Position numbers and translations under genes: made by a program. This document shows positions 20,893 to 30,187 of a DNA stretch of 63,866 nt, one piece after another. How positions within the stretch are numbered: the first letter of the stretch is position 1; each line of letters starts with the position of its first letter. The notes under the pieces were generated by a model. That model was not told where the DNA came from, ran no database searches, and was given only the letters and a program-made list of their open reading frames with translations. The DNA comes from Sulfuricurvum sp. GTDB lineage: Bacteria > Campylobacterota > Campylobacteria > Campylobacterales > Sulfurimonadaceae. The stretch spans positions 1 to 63,866 of the forward strand of contig DZBD01000002.1 of NCBI GenBank assembly GCA_022729795.1. The letters are read 5' to 3'.

Positions 20893-21606
20893 ATGCAAAA
20901 GAGAGAGTTACTTTACGAAGGTAAGGCTAAAAAGTTATTTTTAACAGATGATGAAAACTTAGTTATTTCAGAGTTCAAAGATGATTTGACGGCGTTTAAC
21001 GGTGCAAAAAAATCAAGCGAAGCGGGAAAAGGCGCTCTTAACAATAAAATTTCTACTGAACTCTTTAAGCTCTTAGAACAACATAAAATTCCGACACACT
21101 TTGTAAAGATGCTTGATGACAATCATATGCTTCATACAAAAGTAGATGTAATTTTAATCGAAGTGATTGTCCGTAATATTGCAACGGGAAGCCTAAGCCG
21201 TAATCTCGGCATCGAGGACGGGAAAGTTCTTCCGTTTACCTTGGTTGAGTTCGATTATAAAAATGATGCTCTGAATGACCCTAAATTAAACGACCAACAT
21301 GCATTAATTTTAGGTCTTGTCGAGTACCAAGATGAACTTGATAAAATTCGTCGCATGGCAAGACAAATTAATGACATCTTAAAACCATATTTTGCAGACA
21401 AAGGCCTTAATCTTGTTGATTTTAAACTTGAGTTTGGTAAAGATAAAAGCGGAAATATTATTTTAATAGATGAAATCAGTCCCGATAATTGCCGTTTTTG
21501 GGATATTCAAAGTGGCGAAAAAATGGATAAAGACAGATTTCGTCAAGGTCTTGGCGGACTTACGGTAGCGTATGAGCAAGTTTTAAACAGAATATTAGGA
21601 AAATAA
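20893..21606 (+). CDS. purC: SAICAR synthetase
   Basis: [21 protein letters not shown] and DKDRFR. Confidence 0.98.
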   Translation: MQKRELLYEGKAKKLFLTDDENLVISEFKDDLTAFNGAKKSSEAGKGALNNKISTELFKLLEQHKIPTHFVKMLDDNHMLHTKVDVILIEVIVRNIATGSLSRNLGIEDGKVLPFTLVEFDYKNDALNDPKLNDQHALILGLVEYQDELDKIRRMARQINDILKPYFADKGLNLVDFKLEFGKDKSGNIILIDEISPDNCRFWDIQSGEKMDKDRFRQGLGGLTVAYEQVLNRILGK

Positions 21607-21609
21607 ATA

Positions 21610-21852
21610 ATGAAAGCAATAGTAAATGTATTCTTAAAAGCAGGTGTTTTGGATTCTCAAGGAAAAGCGGTACAACATGCTTTATCCTCTCTTCATTTCA
21701 GTCATGTCAATGATGTCCGTGTAGGAAAACAAATAATACTGAAACTTGACGAAACAGATGTTATAAAAGCAAAAGAAGATGTCATAAAAATGTGTGAGGA
21801 GCTATTAGCAAACACGGTAATTGAAGATTACGAGATTGAGATAATTTCATGA
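21610..21852 (+). CDS. purS: FGAM synthase subunit PurS
   Basis: VLDSQGKA, VRVGK and LLANTVIEDY. Confidence 0.96.
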   Translation: MKAIVNVFLKAGVLDSQGKAVQHALSSLHFSHVNDVRVGKQIILKLDETDVIKAKEDVIKMCEELLANTVIEDYEIEIIS

Positions 21853-22523
21853 AAGTAGCTATCTTACAGTTTCCGGGCACAAACTGCGAGTATGACACAC
21901 AGCATGCATTTAAATCTCTTGGCGCTGAAACTGAAGTACTATGGCATAAATCCCAAAATATTCCAAGCGACACGAATCTTCTTATTGTTGCCGGCGGCTT
22001 TAGTTACGGTGACTATCTCAGAAGCGGTGCCATCGCAAAATTCAGCCCAGTGATGCAAGCCGTCAAAGAATATGCTGCCAATGGCGGAAAAGTTTTAGGC
22101 ATATGCAACGGCTTTCAAGTTTTAACAGAAGCAGGATTACTCCCTGGTGCTTTAAAAAGAAATGAACATCTGCATTTTTTATCCCAGCATCATAATCTTA
22201 AAGTCATCTCCAATAATAATATCTTTTTGGAAAAATTAGAGAACAATGATGTTGTTAATATCCCAATTGCGCATCATGACGGTAACTATTACATTAATGA
22301 AGAAGGCTTAAAAGATTTGTACGAAAATGATCAGGTACTTCTAAAGTACTGCGATAAAGAGGGTCATAGCAGCAATCCAAACGGCAGCGTAGATGCTATT
22401 GCCGGCATATGCAATAAAGAAAAAAATGTATTTGGACTTATGCCACACCCAGAACGTGCCATGGAGATGATTCTAGGCTCTAATGATGGAGTAAAAATGC
22501 TCCAAGGATTTCTTCAAGCGTGA
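21849..22523 (+). CDS. purQ: FGAM synthase glutaminase subunit PurQ
   Basis: [23 protein letters not shown] and MPHPER. Confidence 0.97.
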   Translation: MKVAILQFPGTNCEYDTQHAFKSLGAETEVLWHKSQNIPSDTNLLIVAGGFSYGDYLRSGAIAKFSPVMQAVKEYAANGGKVLGICNGFQVLTEAGLLPGALKRNEHLHFLSQHHNLKVISNNNIFLEKLENNDVVNIPIAHHDGNYYINEEGLKDLYENDQVLLKYCDKEGHSSNPNGSVDAIAGICNKEKNVFGLMPHPERAMEMILGSNDGVKMLQGFLQA

Positions 22524-23608
22524 AAATATTACTTCTACTAAGCTTTCTGTTCTTTTCAACTCTTTTTGCAGATAACGACGATGAGACAACCGGTCTTTAT
22601 GACGACCTCTCGCCCCAAGTCCTTTATCTGAGTTATACACAAACACCGCAGAGAGTTTTGCAAGGGGAAATATTTTCTATCACAATCAAAACGCTCTCTA
22701 CTACCAAAGATTTTCAAGACATACAATATAATTTTTCAAACTATTCGGGTCTGAAATCTTTAAACTCAATTCCTAAAAGAACAGAATACAATCAGTATTT
22801 TCTAGATACTTTTTATTTTTTAGTAACAAAAAACAAAGCAAAATTGCCTGATGTAAAAGCGACTCTCGTGAGTGACCATACGTATAAAAGCAGCAGTATA
22901 TCGGGTGAAAATCTCAATGTCATAACCCTAAATCCTAAAAAAGATTTTGCAAATATTATTGCGAATTCTTTTGAAGTAACAGAATATAAAACAACCAGTT
23001 TCGATAATACACATAATATTATTGTATTTACCGCCAAAGCGCTTAACTGTGACATTGCTGCACTTAGCTTTCAAAAAGTTTATAAACAGGGAAGCGAATC
23101 GGTAGATGCATCTTTTGATAAATCTAAAATTACCTATTTTGCCGTTATCAATAAAGATTTAGAGAGCTTTTCATTTTCTTATTTTAATCTCAAAAACAAT
23201 AACTTTGCAACAATCACGTTACCTATTATACTTGATGATGACAGCGTAACAACACAAACCGATATCAAACCAAAAGATCAGTCAAAAGAGGAATTAAAAA
23301 TACTTATCGCACTCGCGGTAATGCTTATTGGGTTCGTTCTTCTTTTATGGCTTAAAAAGTACATTTATCTTCTCTTGCTTTTACTTCCCTTGGGCTATAT
23401 CGGGTCTTTAGTTTTGCCCTCAAAAACCGTTTGTATAAAACAAGGCTCTTCTGTATACATTCTGCCTGTAAGAAATGGAACGGTTTTTGAGACTACGGAG
23501 GATGAATCTAAGTTCTCAAAAGAGGGAAGCTCTGAGAACTTTGTAAAAATAAAATTAAATAACGATAGAATAGGTTGGGTAAAAAATGAAGATATTTGCT
23601 CGAATTAG
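22520..23608 (+). CDS. conserved exported/membrane protein with C-terminal SH3-like domain
   Basis: Signal peptide, two TM helices near the C-terminus and KIKL...IGWV. Same position between purQ and plsC as in Campylobacter. Confidence 0.75.
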   Translation: MKILLLLSFLFFSTLFADNDDETTGLYDDLSPQVLYLSYTQTPQRVLQGEIFSITIKTLSTTKDFQDIQYNFSNYSGLKSLNSIPKRTEYNQYFLDTFYFLVTKNKAKLPDVKATLVSDHTYKSSSISGENLNVITLNPKKDFANIIANSFEVTEYKTTSFDNTHNIIVFTAKALNCDIAALSFQKVYKQGSESVDASFDKSKITYFAVINKDLESFSFSYFNLKNNNFATITLPIILDDDSVTTQTDIKPKDQSKEELKILIALAVMLIGFVLLLWLKKYIYLLLLLLPLGYIGSLVLPSKTVCIKQGSSVYILPVRNGTVFETTEDESKFSKEGSSENFVKIKLNNDRIGWVKNEDICSN

Positions 23609-24284
23609 TTGGCTTTTTGCAACTACAATCATTTTTGCTTCTCTAGTTTTGATGATATTTACCTACTATCTCATCCCTAGACCCTACGCAAGGAAAATGG
23701 CGGCTTGGCTTTTGAGAATCACCCTCTTTTTTTCTGTGGAGATAAAAGGGGAAGAAGATCCAAATGCGCAGATGTTTTTAATCAATCATCAGAGCGATTT
23801 AGATATCGGAGTTATTGAGACTATTACAAGCAAAGATTTGGCATGGGTTGCAAAAAAAGAACTTTTCAATGTTCCTTTTTTTGGTTTAGCTCTCAAATTT
23901 CCGGAAGATATCTCAGTGGAACGGGAGAGTAAAACCTCTCTCATCAAACTCCTCAAAGCTGCCAAAAACAGACTTGATAAAAAGAGAGTGATTACAATGT
24001 TTCCTGAGGGAACCCGCTCTACAACAGGAAAGATACTTCCATTCAAATCAGGAGCAAAAGTAATCGCTGACAAATACAAACTTTGTGTGCAACCAATCGT
24101 ATTGATGCAAACATCCAAATACTATAACATCAAACAATTTTACTATAAACCCGGAAGGATAAAAGCTATCTTCTTAGATTCTTTTATTGCCCAAAGAGAC
24201 GATGAAAATTGGCTAGTCGATATAAGAGAAAAAATGCAAAAGGTGTACGATGATGAGTTGGCAAACAATCCTAGCCATAGGTAG
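23586..24284 (+). CDS. plsC: 1-acyl-sn-glycerol-3-phosphate acyltransferase
   Basis: NHQSDLD (HX4D) and FPEGTRS. Confidence 0.93.
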   Translation: MKIFARISWLFATTIIFASLVLMIFTYYLIPRPYARKMAAWLLRITLFFSVEIKGEEDPNAQMFLINHQSDLDIGVIETITSKDLAWVAKKELFNVPFFGLALKFPEDISVERESKTSLIKLLKAAKNRLDKKRVITMFPEGTRSTTGKILPFKSGAKVIADKYKLCVQPIVLMQTSKYYNIKQFYYKPGRIKAIFLDSFIAQRDDENWLVDIREKMQKVYDDELANNPSHR

Positions 24285-24639
24285 TGGCGGCTTTATAGGA
24301 GCCATTCTCAGAGCCTATCTCAACGGTCTTATCTCCGATAAAGTACCTCACGCATTGCCCTTTGGAACGCTTGGGGTCAACCTTATCGGCAGTTTTATAA
24401 TGGGGGTGCTTGTTGCCTACTTTATGTATACAAGTTTCTTTTCACTGCATACGAAATCTTTTCTCTCCACCGGTATTTTGGGCGCTCTAACCACCTATTC
24501 CACTTTTGCAATAGAGAGTTTTTTTCTTTTAGAGGGGGGACATCTATTGCTTGCTCTTGCAAATATATCCCTTAATGCTTTTGGAGCCGTTTTTATGGCA
24601 GGAAGCGGGTTTTATCTTGTGAAATATTTTATCAAATAA
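24250..24639 (+). CDS. crcB: fluoride channel Fluc/CrcB
   Basis: GGFIGAILR, GTLGVNLIGSF and GALTTYSTF. Confidence 0.95.
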   Translation: MMSWQTILAIGSGGFIGAILRAYLNGLISDKVPHALPFGTLGVNLIGSFIMGVLVAYFMYTSFFSLHTKSFLSTGILGALTTYSTFAIESFFLLEGGHLLLALANISLNAFGAVFMAGSGFYLVKYFIK

Positions 24640-25201
24640 GTATTATCTCATCAGCACACCAGCGTGCCAATTCCATATCGTGCGTAATCAAGAGCATCCC
24701 CGTATTTTCTAAATTTTGCATCAGCATATTCATAACTTCAAGTTGTATAACATTATCCAAAGCAGAGGTGGGCTCATCGAGTAATAAAAGTTCAGGACGC
24801 ATCAGCATCGCTCTGAGTATGGATGCACGCTGGAGTTGTCCTCCTGAGAGTTCATGGGGTAATTTTAAAAGTAACTCATATTCTAGATTTATACTTTTGA
24901 GATATGCGGGGAGCAAATCTATTGCAGCGACATCTTTTATTTGATTTAAAAGAGAATAGCTTGGATGAAAAGAGCTATAAGGGTCTTGAAACACTTCCGA
25001 TACTTGAGATTTTTTTATCTCTCCCGAATATGGTTTTAAGTTATTAAGTATGAGTTCAAAAAGCGTACTTTTACCCGCGCCACTGGCTCCTACAATCGCT
25101 TTAATCTCCCCTTTTTTAAGACTAAGAGAGAAATTATCAAACAATAATGTGCCCTTCTTGTATCCAAAAGAAAGATTTTTCACCTCTAAAACAGTTTTCA
25201 A
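24632..25201 (-). CDS. ABC transporter ATP-binding protein (stand-alone)
   Basis: GASGAGKST, LSGGQLQR, LLLDEPT and ITHD. Confidence 0.92.
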   Translation of the reverse strand: MKTVLEVKNLSFGYKKGTLLFDNFSLSLKKGEIKAIVGASGAGKSTLFELILNNLKPYSGEIKKSQVSEVFQDPYSSFHPSYSLLNQIKDVAAIDLLPAYLKSINLEYELLLKLPHELSGGQLQRASILRAMLMRPELLLLDEPTSALDNVIQLEVMNMLMQNLENTGMLLITHDMELARWCADEIILI

Positions 25202-25204
25202 AGA

Positions 25205-25897
25205 TTAACTCTTATTCAAAGAAAGGTAAAGTTTTGCCAACTCTTTATAAAGCACAACCGGAGTAATATCTCCGTTTTTTTCCCAAATTCTTTTCATAAT
25301 AACATTATCTTCTTCACCGTTCCATACTTTGATGTAGCTTCCCTCTTTATAACCGTTGTCTTGGCGAAACTGATTCAAAATATTTTTTCCTACATAAAGT
25401 CGGTAGAGACTCTCCAAATCCAAACCGCTCATAGTTACAAGTAAAAAGAAATCATTTATTAAACTCTCTAAATCAAATCTCTCTTTATTCAGTACATCAA
25501 ACATAATCCCCTCAACCCTAGCAATGATTGTATTTTCCTCATCAAAAGAGGTATTTGATATTTTTAATTTTTCAAAACTTTGTAACTCTGAGATATTCAC
25601 AGCCAAGTCCTCAATTCCACCCTTCATATTTAAAGCGTACTCTTCGATAGCCAAACTCATTATAAAATGCCAGATATCTACCACTTCTATCTGCAAATTG
25701 TCAAAGTCGGAATCTTTATCGATACTTTTCCAATGCTTCCACGAAAAACTGTCGATTATCTCGGCACATTCCATATAAATACAACGCCTCCAATTGATAA
25801 TTTTTCCATTTTTAGTAATCCCTTTTGTCCATTCCTCCCCATTTGTAGCATCATTCAACTGTGCCTGAAGCTGTAACATTAAAAGTATTTTATCCAT
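25205..25897 (-). CDS. dut: dimeric (all-alpha) dUTPase, Campylobacter type
   Basis: ECAEIIDSFSWKHWK, EVVDIWHF, KNILNQFRQDNGY and EDN. Confidence 0.92.
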   Translation of the reverse strand: MDKILLMLQLQAQLNDATNGEEWTKGITKNGKIINWRRCIYMECAEIIDSFSWKHWKSIDKDSDFDNLQIEVVDIWHFIMSLAIEEYALNMKGGIEDLAVNISELQSFEKLKISNTSFDEENTIIARVEGIMFDVLNKERFDLESLINDFFLLVTMSGLDLESLYRLYVGKNILNQFRQDNGYKEGSYIKVWNGEEDNVIMKRIWEKNGDITPVVLYKELAKLYLSLNKS

Positions 25898-25972
25898 TAT
25901 TTTCTCTTTATTTTAGTTTTTTTATTGTACCCAATATGCTAAAATAGCGCACTTAAAAACAAAGAGTACGGG

Positions 25973-26149
25973 ATGAAAAGAATCAATTGTAGAAGGTGTG
26001 AATACTATTTTGTGACTTGGGAAGCGGGCAAACCGCATGGTTGTAAAGCATATGGTTTCAAATCGGCGCAAATCCCCTCCATAGTAGTTTTTCAAAGTAG
26101 CCGCATGGATTGCAATTTATATAAAGAGAAAAAATTTCCCCAAAACTAA
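25973..26149 (+). CDS. small Cys-rich protein (58 aa), absent from the ORF track
   Basis: Hand translation MKRINCRRCEYYFVTWEAGKPHGCKAYGFKSAQIPSIVVFQSSRMDCNLYKEKKFPQN with four Cys. It fills the gap between dut and the next gene. TGCTAAAAT, a -10-like element, lies upstream. Confidence 0.8.
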   Translation: MKRINCRRCEYYFVTWEAGKPHGCKAYGFKSAQIPSIVVFQSSRMDCNLYKEKKFPQN

Positions 26150-26562
26150 TACCAAATGATTTTTTTGCCGAACCCCAAAGTATTATCCGTCATTTTAAAA
26201 TAATTTACTTTGATTTGCCAAAGTTTCGGGCGCAAAAGTACGGCATGTGGAAATGCTTTGAAATAAAGCTTTTTAAGTTCCGAATCTTGCAGTACTAAAA
26301 ACTCACCCCGAAACTGAACCCCTTGAATTTTTCCTACCGTTTTTGTTTCCAGAAGTACATTTCCGGCTATCCGGGAGTTGTGATTTATATGGCGGATATG
26401 GGTAGTTTCATCACTGCTTGCAACGATGAAGGAGATATGTTCAAGAGAAAAAACATAAAAAAGACTGCATACGCTGAGCATCGTATCACTAGAAGTAGCC
26501 AAACTCATCACATGATGTTCGTTTAAAAACAGAACAATCTTTTCTAAATTTTTTTGCATCAA
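26146..26562 (-). CDS. pyridoxamine 5'-phosphate oxidase-like (YhbP/UPF0306) protein
   Basis: HVMSLAT, IQGVQFRG and KMTDNTLGFGKK. Confidence 0.82.
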   Translation of the reverse strand: MMQKNLEKIVLFLNEHHVMSLATSSDTMLSVCSLFYVFSLEHISFIVASSDETTHIRHINHNSRIAGNVLLETKTVGKIQGVQFRGEFLVLQDSELKKLYFKAFPHAVLLRPKLWQIKVNYFKMTDNTLGFGKKIIWY

Positions 26563-26786
26563 GAGAGTTTAAAGATATAAGGCTCCAACCCCTCTGCATC
26601 GACAACCTCACGTTTATTGAGCATCATCACCGCTAGCTCATCCTCACGAAAAATTTCATATATATCCATAGGATTTGTCATATTGTAGTAACTTTTCATA
26701 AAATCCAAAAGAATTTCAAAGTTATCGCACTTATGGCTGTGCTTTTTAAACTCTTTGTATCCGTCCCAATTGATTTTAATCATCAT
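26559..26786 (-). CDS. hypothetical protein (75 aa)
   Basis: Translationally coupled (ATGA overlaps) to both neighbours. Confidence 0.7.
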   Translation of the reverse strand: MMIKINWDGYKEFKKHSHKCDNFEILLDFMKSYYNMTNPMDIYEIFREDELAVMMLNKREVVDAEGLEPYIFKLS

Positions 26787-27982
26787 CTTCCCCCAAACTT
26801 TCTTTGTAAAGCATTTTCGAGTTGCTCCAATACTTGTGACATTTTAGCACGTGAGAGCGCAAAATTCAACCGCATAAAGCCGCTTCCCTCTCTGCCGAAG
26901 CTTATTCCCGCATTCAAGCCAAGCTTTGCCTCGTTTACAAAAAAATCTCGTAACTCTTTATCGTGAAACTGCATCCCTCTGCAATCAAGCCAAGCTAAAT
27001 ATGTAGCTTGTATAGGTGTCACTTTTATGGCATGTGGATATTTTTCACATACGCCTTGGAGTAAATAAAAATTCTCTAAAAGATGGATTTTCAGCTCTTC
27101 AAGCCAAACTTTGCCGTGTGTATAAGCCGCCTCAAATCCCACATGCCCAAAAACGGTTCCCTGAGCAAAATGGATTCGCTTATAAACTTGAGCAAATTTC
27201 GCCCTCAATACTTCGCTCGGTATCGCAACACTGCTCATTGCAAAACCTGCCATATTAAAAGTCTTGCCGACTCCCATAGCAGTAATTGTAATCTCTTTTG
27301 CCTTGTCTGAGAGAGAGGCAAAAGGGATATGTTTGTTGGGATAGTATATTAAATCCGAATGAATTTCATCGGAAAAAACAGTAATTTTATGTTCTAAGCA
27401 AAGGTCTAAAATCTCTTGAAGCTCCTCATTTTGCCAAACACGACCGACCGGATTATGGGGAGAGCAAAGAAGTAAAAGTTTTGTTCTCTCATTGATTTTG
27501 GCTTTTAAGTCTTCTCTATCAAAAACATACTTTCCACATGCCGAGAGTTTGAGAGGATTTTTAATAAGCGTTCTTTTATGTGTCTTTACGCTATGAAAAA
27601 ATGGCGGATAAACAGGGGTCTGAACAATCACGCCCTCTCCCTCATCGCTAAAAGCCTCGATAGCTACGTTCATACTTGCTACTACGGAATGGGAATAAAA
27701 CATCTCTTCTAATTTAAAATCTACTCCGTGCTCTTTTTGCATCCAAGCAATCTGCGCCAAAAATGCACTTTCGGGCATCTCTTCATATCCGAAAATAGGA
27801 TGTTCCAGCCTCTTTTTTAGAGCATCCAATACAAAATCGGGAGTGTTTATATCCATATCCGCCACCCAAACAGGAAGCAAATCTTCTCTGCCGAAAAGCT
27901 TTTTTTTCAAAGTGTACTTTTCGGCGTTTGTACCCTCTCGGCATGTGGAAATGCTAAAATCGTAGCTCACTTCTTTTTCCAA
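26783..27982 (-). CDS. MalY/PatB-family PLP-dependent C-S lyase
   Basis: PVWVADMD, LCSPHNPVGRVW, SDEIHSD, KTFNMAG and ATYLAWLD. Confidence 0.92.
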   Translation of the reverse strand: MEKEVSYDFSISTCREGTNAEKYTLKKKLFGREDLLPVWVADMDINTPDFVLDALKKRLEHPIFGYEEMPESAFLAQIAWMQKEHGVDFKLEEMFYSHSVVASMNVAIEAFSDEGEGVIVQTPVYPPFFHSVKTHKRTLIKNPLKLSACGKYVFDREDLKAKINERTKLLLLCSPHNPVGRVWQNEELQEILDLCLEHKITVFSDEIHSDLIYYPNKHIPFASLSDKAKEITITAMGVGKTFNMAGFAMSSVAIPSEVLRAKFAQVYKRIHFAQGTVFGHVGFEAAYTHGKVWLEELKIHLLENFYLLQGVCEKYPHAIKVTPIQATYLAWLDCRGMQFHDKELRDFFVNEAKLGLNAGISFGREGSGFMRLNFALSRAKMSQVLEQLENALQRKFGGR

Positions 27983-30075
27983 ACACTCAGTTGTGAAATA
28001 GTATGTTGAAATTTTCTTGCACTCTCTTTTATTACAAAAGGTAAATCCTGCAGATGGATAAGCTCAAACTTTTTACCCAAAATATCTTTGAGCGTTTGGA
28101 TAGTTTTTACCTCGTTGCCTTCTTTATCCACGAATCCCCCAAGCCACAACTCTTTGCTTGTAGAACTTTCCTGCCAAGTATACGGGGAGGTGATGACTAA
28201 AATACCGTTCTCGTTGATACGTTCCTCAATACTCTGCAAAAAGAGCATCGGATTGTAAAGTCTGTCGATAAGATTTGTCGCCATAACCAAATCATATCCG
28301 CTAAAATTGGGCTTGAGATTACAAGCATCCCCCTGCCAAAAAGATACTTTTTCTTTGAGTTTCTCGTATCCTAGTTCTTCTACACTCAGCTTTTTATGGA
28401 TGAGTAAATCGCCCTCCTCTTTGGAGCTAAAGGCGACATAGCCATCACTTTTGAGTTTTGCACCCACCTGAACAAAACGAACAGAAAAATCAATCCCCTC
28501 CACCTCGTCAAACTCTTTTGCCAGCTCAAATGTAGCCCGCCCCGTTGCACAGCCTAAATCTAAGGCTTTTGTTTTATTTACTGCAAAAGAAGATGCTATC
28601 CTTGCACATTCGTTGGCAAAATTTTTCACGCCGAAATGCTCATCTCCGTATTGAAACTCACAATACTGAGAAACAAGCGCATCGCTCTCATAAATATCTT
28701 CATTTTCCAAAATTATTTCCTTTTCATTGCTTGAGATTACGTATCTAAAACCGGCATTTTGGTAAAAATGTTTTCTAAAAGCGTAACGTGCATGTTTCAT
28801 TATCAAATTGCCGCTGCTCGCCCACGAAGAGCCTTTTATAATCGCATGTTTGTCATCAAAAGTGGGCACTGAAAAATCATCATATGCAGGGTGCACTTCA
28901 AACCCTTCAAAACCAAAAAAAGGTGTGCGGCTCCACTGCCAGACATTTCCTACCACATCCCCGATTCCATGAAACATAAACCTGTCCACGGGAGAGGCGC
29001 TGAAATAATGGGTGAAATTCAAATTTGCTTGACTATCATCAAACTCCGGTAAATCTTTGAGTCCACAATATTCATAAAGCGCTCTATATTCCGCCTCGCT
29101 TGGAAGCGTGTAGCGCACTCCCTCTTTTTGAGATTTGTATCTACAAAACGCTTCGGCTTCAAGTGCATTGACATCTACGGGCCAGTTGTACGGCATGTGG
29201 ATATGTGCGCTGAGTGTTCTGTATTGATAGACTCCATTTTCCACATGCCAAAATGGGGGATGTTTTGCACCGCTTATTTGAAGAAACTTTTGCCCCTCTT
29301 CATCCCAAAACTCGGGTGTTTCATAGCCACCGTCTTTGACAAACTCCATAAATTCGCCGTTGCTGACCAAATACTTGGAAGCCTGGAACTCTTTGACATC
29401 CTCGATATATTTGCCGTATTCGTTGTCCCATCCATACAGATGATGGTTCTTCTCTTTGCCTAGTTCCACATGCCAAGAGGGGATTACAGTCATGCTGTTT
29501 TGAGGCGCTTCCCCCGTCTGCGTACAAATATTAAATTCCTTAACCTCTTTGACAAATTCCAAAGGGATCTGCCTGTGAAGTACCAAAGATGTCTCGATAT
29601 GAATCCTCTCATGTTCAATCCCCATAAGGATAATCCACATGCCGGAATCTTCAGTGATAGGAAGAGTGAGCGGAATATGCATAATCAAACTATCTACCAG
29701 TTCTCGCACCTGATTTCTGTATGCTCTGACATCCTGAACTTGAGGCCATTTGTAATGGGAACTTGTAATATCGTCCCAAGCCATCTCATCTACGCCAACC
29801 GCAAAGATAGACTCAAATTCCCGATTTATTCTCTTTTGAATAAGGTTCATACTTATTAATTTATTGATAAAAAAAGTGGCGGTATGCCCGAAATAAAATA
29901 TCATAGGGTGGCGCGTAGGCTCAGATTTTTTGTAAAAAACCTCATCTTCTTTGAGTAATTCGAATATTTTTTCAAACAAATTAAAAGTATGATGAAAATA
30001 TTCTCTTATCTCATGGCGTTTTTTATTGCTGTTGTTTCCCGTTAATGTTACCGGATCTGTACTAAATTCTCTCAA
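27967..30075 (-). CDS. ovoA: 5-histidylcysteine sulfoxide synthase/methyltransferase (ovothiol biosynthesis)
   Basis: RHPMIFYFGHTATF, GVDEMAWDD and iron motif HERIHIE. FGE-sulfatase domain (GNVWQW, FRKHFYQNAGFR). C-terminal SAM methyltransferase (LDLGCATGR, GDACNL, NLIDRL). Confidence 0.92.
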   Translation of the reverse strand: MREFSTDPVTLTGNNSNKKRHEIREYFHHTFNLFEKIFELLKEDEVFYKKSEPTRHPMIFYFGHTATFFINKLISMNLIQKRINREFESIFAVGVDEMAWDDITSSHYKWPQVQDVRAYRNQVRELVDSLIMHIPLTLPITEDSGMWIILMGIEHERIHIETSLVLHRQIPLEFVKEVKEFNICTQTGEAPQNSMTVIPSWHVELGKEKNHHLYGWDNEYGKYIEDVKEFQASKYLVSNGEFMEFVKDGGYETPEFWDEEGQKFLQISGAKHPPFWHVENGVYQYRTLSAHIHMPYNWPVDVNALEAEAFCRYKSQKEGVRYTLPSEAEYRALYEYCGLKDLPEFDDSQANLNFTHYFSASPVDRFMFHGIGDVVGNVWQWSRTPFFGFEGFEVHPAYDDFSVPTFDDKHAIIKGSSWASSGNLIMKHARYAFRKHFYQNAGFRYVISSNEKEIILENEDIYESDALVSQYCEFQYGDEHFGVKNFANECARIASSFAVNKTKALDLGCATGRATFELAKEFDEVEGIDFSVRFVQVGAKLKSDGYVAFSSKEEGDLLIHKKLSVEELGYEKLKEKVSFWQGDACNLKPNFSGYDLVMATNLIDRLYNPMLFLQSIEERINENGILVITSPYTWQESSTSKELWLGGFVDKEGNEVKTIQTLKDILGKKFELIHLQDLPFVIKESARKFQHTISQLSVWKKK

Positions 30076-30187
30076 AAAAAAACCTCTTACTCTTTCATAA
30101 TAAATATTTTAACATGTATAAGAGTATATTAGAACTTCTTTAAAGGCATTTTATCTACAAATTTTGTCTTATTATAAAAGCTTCTCT

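Noticed and set aside
27967-30075. Selenoneine/ovoselenol or ergothioneine (EgtB) assignment for the sulfoxide synthase
   Set aside because: No selenophosphate synthetase or selenosugar synthase genes are adjacent, and the fused C-terminal methyltransferase fits OvoA.
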